Source: Marsupella aquatica (Eukaryota > Plantae > Marchantiophyta). Taken from it: a stretch of 64,000 bases of DNA. This document shows positions 57,419-64,000 of the stretch, piece after piece. Where the stretch lies: NCBI GenBank assembly GCA_973895155.1, contig OZ316898.1:15344330-15408329 (forward strand), in the 5' to 3' direction. Position 1 is the stretch's first letter. Every line of letters begins with the position of its first letter. The position numbers and the translations under genes were made by a program. The notes under the pieces are model-generated. The model saw only the letters and a program-made list of their open reading frames with translations. It was not told the origin of the DNA and made no database searches.

Positions 57419-60400
57419 ATGGATGACGTTTATGATGCAGGGAGTGATCTTGTTGTTTTCAAACCCGCGATTGCACCGACCCACTGCCTGGACGGATTCT
57501 TACTAAATGAGAGATCCCCACGCTTTCAATGGGGGCTTGAGTTCTCAAGAACCCCGCTTAATAATGAAGTGCCATCAACCACGATTGAACCTGTTTTGAC
57601 CTTAAAGTGCAAAGAAAATGATAGCCTGACTTTTGTTTGCGGACCTGTGGTCTCTATTGGCATTGGAGGGAGAGGGATGAATACGGTCATTCTCGAGATG
57701 CACGATAAGTCCTATTGGGTTAAAGTTAACCTTCTGTCAAAGGCATACTCCTCTGAATTCAATGTCGAATGGCACGCAAGTGGGGAATTGAGCGTTTTGT
57801 CAATGGGATGTTTTCCAAAGACCTATGACACAAAGAAGTTGGTCGCCGGGGTAACTGGTATGCTTCCAGTCGACATTATGTATGGGTTTCAATATTTGAA
57901 ACTCAACATGATGAAGCACCAAGGCAATTTTTCTTTTGCAACTACCTGGACGTTAAGCAATTTACTTGAGAAAGCTGGATTGTTATCGTTGGAGTCGGAG
58001 GAGCCTGGTGTTTTAATTGATAAGGATGTTGCATTTGCTCCCAAGTTTGATTTAGTCAAAGCAAAGCAATGGATAGAATCTTTGTCCAAGATGAGAAAGC
58101 TTCCAGCGGTGAATACAAACCCTGTGCCCGAGAAAGCGCCAGAGAAAGCTCCAGAACCTACAACAGAGACCGCGGGAACTACAGCAGCGACCTCTCAAAG
58201 AGCAATGGGAAGACGAAAACAAAGCCAAAGGAAACCTCCGGTTGAGAAGAAACTTCCGGTTGAGAAGCCGAGTACGAGAAGCCGAGTTGACAAGCCAGTT
58301 GACAAGCCAGTTGACAAGCCGAGTACGAGAAGCCGAGTACGAGAAGCCGAGTTGAGAAGCCAGTTGAGAAGAAACGTCCGGTTGAGAAGCCGAGTGCAAG
58401 TGAAAAGAGACCAAGACAGAAGAAGAAACAGAAAATTGATAGTGCCATCATGGATGACACTACAGAAAACCTGACAGTGCATTCACAAGATGTGGACGAG
58501 CAGTTGGACGCTCCTGAGGAGAAGAAGGTCTTAGAAGGTAATGAGGTATTGCAACAAATGGAGCAATATTATACGTTTGGGATCAATTCGATATTTTCTA
58601 TTCCTGTAGACAGTATTTTCCCTGCGTCGGCAAGACTCTGTTACAGAATGTTGAATGCAGAACATGTAAAGGAGGTGGCCAATTCCATGATAAGAAATCC
58701 GGGGCATGAACCACACATAGCAGACTTGATTCCTTACACTACAAAACATAGAAACCTAATGCAGTATGACAACACAGAATCAGATAGGAGGGACTTTGTA
58801 GCAGCCGTGAAAAAGGGCGAGGTTCAATTCCTTGCCATTAGCGGTCAACATTCGGCTAGAGCAGCCAGATGGATTCCAGAATGGGCAAACATGCCAAGCT
58901 GACAGCATTGGCGAAAAAGCTGGAATTTTGAAAGTCAAGAATATTATCTCATCGAACACCATCGTCAATATTAGTTGAGCATTCAATGCAATCTAATGCG
59001 ATCAATAGCACGATGGTGTTTCAGTCATGCTTCAAAGATACAGTCGTTCATGCTAGGCAACAATTTGTGGAATGTGGAAAACCTAGCCGGCCAAAACATG
59101 GGGACAACAAAACAAACGCTCAAGACAATCAAAAATTTCAGGTACGAAGTGTTACTGCTTGATGGGTACAATACCGTAGATTCATGCACATTCAGTAGAA
59201 TATTTCCACTGATATCGCCTAGTTTTGCGTTGGACCGGGATGGTCCCAGTCCAAATGGATTCATGCACATTCAATAGAATCTTTGTCCACTGATATCGTC
59301 TAGTTTTGTGTTGGACTGGGATGGTCATAGTCCAAATGGATTCATGCACATTCAGTAGAATATTTCCACTGATATCGCCTAGTTTTGCGTTGGACTGGGA
59401 TGGTCCCAGTCCAAATGGATTCATACACATTCAATAGATTATTTTTCCACTGACACTGTCTAGTTTTGTTCTGGACTGGGATGGTCCCAGTCCAAACTAA
59501 ATCATGCACATTCAATAGAATATTTCCACTGATACTGTCTAGTTCTGTGTTGGACTGGGATGGTCTCAGTCCGCACCTGAGTGCTATCAAACAATTGAGT
59601 TATGGAGGACTAATAGACTTTCCTTTGCAATTGTAGGATTGGTTGGCTCTTGCAAGAATGACCATGGGAAGGAAAGATTGTCGAAATGTTTACTGGTTAC
59701 TGTTTGCGGACGATGCTCTTTTTGAGTTATGGAGTTTGGTATGCCAGTTGTGGTTGGATGGGAAACTTCCCGATGGAGCTGGGGTAGAAGGAAATGAGAA
59801 GTCTGAAAAAGCAATTACTGTTGCCATGTTTCGTTGTTTTGATGGTGAGTTGATCTCACAACAAGACATCACAAGAATACTAACGCGGGTGAAGTCAGGA
59901 AAGGTATTGCTAAAGAAAGATGCCTCTAATAAATCAGACATGCCATCTATAGAGGAGTTGGCCAAAGATGTGAAGATCATGCGGAAACTGAAGTCCCTTA
60001 TTGAAGACTACTATTGCACCAAGGATGCGGTGAATTTCCCGGCAAATACTAATTGGGGGAAAGTAGTGGAGGTTCTTCCTACGCTAGCAATTGATTCAGA
60101 GTTCAGCAGGTGTCGAAGAGCCGCTGGCGAGGTCTATCTTGCCAACCTTTTAAAACCAAATCATACGCGGGAGAGCGCAATCTTGCCGACGGCATTGGCA
60201 TTCCGCCTAGATGATATATACTGCCAGAAATTTGGCGGAGGATCACGTTCTCAGACCCTACCATGGGCTACATTTTTTAGCGATAATCTCATGAAGACCA
60301 TTGATCCAGAGTCATTGCAAGAAGCTCCTCCGACCTGCCCTCTTGCCATTGTTGATTTTAGCCGGCTTCCGCAAAAACAATGGACTGAAGCAGAGATTCT

Positions 60401-62021
60401 TGTTCTCTTTGAATACATTGTGGAGCTTCCACAAAATCCCACGATTGTTGTGACGATAACAGTTCATCCTGGACAACTTGCATTGAATGTCCATGGTGCC
60501 CTTCGTAAACTGGGACAAGAGAAAGCGTTGACCATTCACATTGAGTATGGGAGTTATTCTCGAGATGATCAACCGCACCCTCATGACTCATGTTGGGGTG
60601 GGGGGATTGAAGAAGTTATCTTTGCGGGGATTTCTCGAGATGAAGACGTCAATTGGAATGAAGTTTTCAAGCCCAACTATCCAAAGCCAAAATTCTTGTA
60701 TACTGCAAAGGATGTTGATTACGAAGTATGCAAGATCGACAAGGGAAAGGGGAAGGCTAAGGAATCAGATGAGGGGACACAAAACGACGACCTAAAAGTG
60801 GTTTTGGACCCGGAAGAGGCCGTCAAGATTATGAATATGGCCCCTCGATTTGAGACAGTTGGCAGTCGCGGAGGGTGGGTTAATCCTCATGCCAAACCCA
60901 CGCGGATGATCCGAAGGATTATTGAATCCTTGTCAGAACCGGGAGATTTGGTTCTAGATTTTTTCTCCGGTGGCCAAGTCATGAAGACATCATTTTTTTG
61001 CGATAGGGAATGCTTTGTTTATTGTGACTCTCACTCCGAGAGGCATTTTGTGGAAGCTTTTGCTTCCTACCTTTGCGAGAGAGTTCCCTCACTTAAAGCT
61101 CATTGTGAATCACTTGCTGAAAATTCTTGACAATGGGCTACCACTATTGCGGCTGTAGCTGTCGCTGTTGAATCCGATGGTTCTGAGTCTGAAGATGTTG
61201 CTGACAAAGTGGCTGAAGGCGTAGAGGCATCAAAGGAGGCATATGTCATGAATTTGGATGACCGTGTTGGTCAAGGTGAGCCTTACGATGTAGATGATGA
61301 TATTGGACTTGCACCAAACCGTTCATCTGGTTTAGATGACATCCCTCCGGGGCCCAATGAAGTTCAAGTTGATGATAACTTGGACAAGGATGATCCCAAT
61401 CCAACAACGCCGGGAGGACAGATGGAGCAACTGGAAGGAGCAAGGGTTGATACGTTTGATCATCTTTCTTCAACCAATCTGATCAATGAAGGTGCAACGA
61501 GGCTCGGAGATTCAAATGAAGCTGAAACTAAAGAATTGACTTGGGGGGAGACCGAGGGGGAGACTGGCGGATTGCCTGACATTCCGATCAATCCAGGAGG
61601 AAATGCATCAACGGTTGCTGACAACCAGACAGGTGCTTCAACTTGTCCTGACACACTCTTTTCAGCTTCTGATGACAAATTGGTGTTCGTTCGTTCACAC
61701 TCGAGGAGTCCTATTGTCCTTCCGCTCTCAAAAAAGAAAGGAAATAGAGTTGGATCAACTGGATGGAGGTCATTGGAATGCGACGCACGATGTTACGTGT
61801 GGAAAAGTGGGCCAAATCGAGGCCAAGAAATATCATTGGATGCTACTCCTTCAATTCTCAATAAGGAGGAGTATAAGAGTGGAGAATTGGGGTTAATAAC
61901 TCCTATTTGGACTTCACCTTATTGGGTAGAACAAAGTACTTCAGATGTCAATTTTGAAATCCAACAGGAGCTTGGTGCTGACATGATTATTGATGAATAC
62001 GGATCTCTTATTTCGGAATGA
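57419..62021 (+). pseudogene. ~1,370-aa fusion: unknown N-domain, basic repeats/NLS, ParB/Srx-like domain, helical region, beta-class N4/N6 DNA methyltransferase fold, acidic tail (2 frameshifts, 2 in-frame TGA, 1 intron)
   Basis: ParB-like FSIPVDSIFP...RMLNAEHVKEVANSM...FLAISGQHSARAA...LVEHSMQSNAIN. Phase-0 intron CAG|GTACG 59142..59636 TTGTAG|GAT. MTase motifs X-I NPHAKPTRMIRRIIESLSEPGDLVLDFFSGG (60882-60974); motif-IV position LAIVDFSR. Confidence 0.72.
59180..59575. repeat. Intronic 80-bp tandem repeat x5, each unit carrying the 25-bp palindrome
   Basis: Units start ~59180, 59260, 59340, 59420, 59500; perfect hairpin TTGGACTGGGA-TGG-TCCCAGTCCAA at 59390-59414. Confidence 0.9.
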
Positions 62022-62278
62022 AATTCAGCCTTTGACTTTGTATTTATTCATATCAATCTAAAATACTTCTCGGTCTCACAGAATGCGCTCAAGAATTACA
62101 GTCTCCATATTCGTCTACACATTGTGAGGCTTCTAAAAACGGTATGTAGGTTAATTTTCTTTTTTGTCAGCCATTGTCTTGTATTTTTGGATTGAGACAA
62201 TCCTAATCCAAAGTTCACTTTTGGTCTTTTCTCTGAGAATGGTGTTTGGTGCACTTGCAAAATCGAGACCTGGTCCCC

Positions 62279-64000
62279 TGTGATGCCTAGACAGGAATCA
62301 CTCGGCCGGTTAAGTGGGTAAAGCAGGAAGGCACCCTAGGAACACCTTAGTATAGGGACAAAACAAGGAAAATATAAACAATTAGGGGCAACCATGGAAC
62401 CCGGGCAGAGGCCGGAGGTAAGGCTGAGGGTGAAAACCCGATTAGGGTTAGGGCGCGTTAAGCGTCGGCGGCTAGGAAGGATCAACGGGAAGAAGGACCG
62501 ACAGAGGAGAGGGGTAAGGAGCGCTTGCAGGAGATGGTGGCTCATTTGCGAGCACGAACTAGGCAGACGACTACGGGAGGCCAACTACTGTCAACTGCTT
62601 AGGCAAGCACTCGGGGAGAGAATAGATACCGACGATCGACCTAAGGAGGGTATGAGCAACGTCAATCAAGCGGCACATTTCTGGGGATGCTTGTTCGAAC
62701 GGGCAACTGAGTACATCAAGACTTACGAGGACGAGGAGTCAGAAAGGGCAGCTCGAGAACGGCAGGAGCTCGCTCGATTGTGGGAGCTGCAGAAGACGGC
62801 TTTCTTAGGAGGCGAACTCATCAAGGACGAGTTCCTGTGGACGCCTACTTCCAATCAACTCGACGATCTTCTGTTTTGCAAAGACAGCGTCGTCGGCATC
62901 CAAGAGGCCATCAAGAACTGCAACGACATACACTGGGAATTAAAGGGTAGCACAGAAAGGTGGACCCAGGCAACGGTGCTAGGAGAAACCTCCACGGCAG
63001 CAGAGATGAAGAGGAAGGGGGCCGTCAACGATGAAGCCACCCCGGCAAAAAGAACGAGGTCGGCGGCACCAAAGAGGCCAGCCGAGCAGCAGAGCAGGAG
63101 GCAGGGAGAAGCCGAAGAGGAGGAGGTCGATCCCATCAAGGCCATTCCAACCAGGGATGACACCTGGAAGGGCTGGGCGGCAACCCTACCGGTGGAGGTG
63201 CAACTACATTTTGCACGGGAGGAGGATGCATGCTTTACGGCCATGCAGACCAAGAAGTACCAAGGCTTCATGGCCGGATCCGGCTTAGAGGCCTTTGTAA
63301 GATTACCATGGCTGAAGCCGGAGGTACCGGAGTCAGACCTATTAGAATTCGTGGGGTCATGGGAACCCGAGACCAATTGCACGAGGATATATGGGAAGGA
63401 TTTCTATCTTACTCCCAAGGTAATTGCCGAAGTGTTTGGCTTGCCGATAGGCAATAAGACCAAAGTTGATACCAGGAAGACCTTGCCTGACAAGGAGTTC
63501 CGGTCGTTCCCCGGGCCATCAACGAAGAATGGCTTCTTCCGGAACACCTGCACCAACCCGCACATAGGAGAGATGATCGACTTCTTGCGGTTGACCATGC
63601 ATTGTAACTTGCCGAGGGCAGAGATCGGCAAGGCACAGGTATATCTGGCAGAAAGGCCAGACCCAAGCCGGGACTACAACGGGTACCTCCTCAACCAATT
63701 GAAGAAGATCTTAAAGGAGGAGCAGTAGGTAATCGGCATGGGGAGCGTGTCGCGGCTTGGCTATCACATGCCGCTGTTGTGCCGGTATGCCAGAGGTCAG
63801 ACTTTTGCCCCGGTACTTCCCCTGCAGGTAAGGGCACCCGAGGAAGCTCCAACGCCGAGGCCGTTGGCTGAGAAGCCTCAACCACCTGTTAGTCCTACGA
63901 TCGAGCAGGTGTTTAGGCCCAGGAAGGAAGACTTGCCGATGCAGCAACCAGGCATGCAGAGTCTACTGAAACTACTGGAGAAAGAAAAGAAATCGGCATC
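62279..64000 (+). mobile_element. Family A copy 3: start of a 5' (or solo) LTR, running off the window
   Basis: TCCCC|TGTGATGCCTAGACAGG..., collinear with 7056 onward; no pol or PPT upstream. Confidence 0.93.
62394..64000 (+). pseudogene. LTR-encoded ORF in A3, with in-frame TAG at 63726-63728
   Basis: Near-identical to the A1 ORF; CAG>TAG at the same codon as in A2. Confidence 0.88.

Larger units (their letters stand above)
50552..62278. mobile_element. Large Sola-like DDD DNA transposon with cargo gene (right end beyond A3/outside the window)
   Basis: Sharp junction after AAAT (fits the AWWT 4-bp target preference known for Sola1), subterminal repeat array, transposase on -, and a divergent ParB/MTase gene on +. 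The palindrome motif recurs from 54990 to 62215. Confidence 0.7.

Noticed and set aside
59180-59575. CRISPR-like look (palindromic repeat + ~55-bp spacers)
   Set aside because: The spacers are near-copies of each other (80-bp tandem repeat), there are no cas genes, and the context is a eukaryotic intron.

Overview
This is a gene-free, deeply nested transposon cluster from a eukaryote, most likely a non-seed land plant such as a liverwort (inferred from the TE families). It contains: (i) three copies of a Ty3/gypsy non-chromovirus (Athila/Phygy-like pol) LTR retrotransposon, 'family A' (1-11748 +, 37160-50551 -, 62279->64000 +). Its 4,693-bp LTR contains a whole ~1,130-1,230-aa gene, and gag-PR is joined to RT-RH-INT by a G_GAU_UUU/pseudoknot -1 frameshift. 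(ii) A 4,048-bp solo LTR of a divergent 'family B' (14506-18553, TSD ACTCC) that encodes a homologous protein and sits inside a decayed L1 LINE. (iii) Decayed gypsy fragments, a MITE and one arm of a CACTA element. (iv) A >11.7-kb Sola-like DDD DNA transposon (50552->62278). It carries a transposase with three N-terminal En/Spm TNP1-like domains, a divergently oriented intron-containing gene for a ParB-like + beta-class N4/N6 DNA-methyltransferase-fold fusion, and arrays of a 25-27-bp palindrome. The two best candidates for undescribed biology are the ParB/MTase/palindrome-array transposon and the protein-coding LTRs conserved across two families. Domain names are by-eye motif recognition; no database searches were run.
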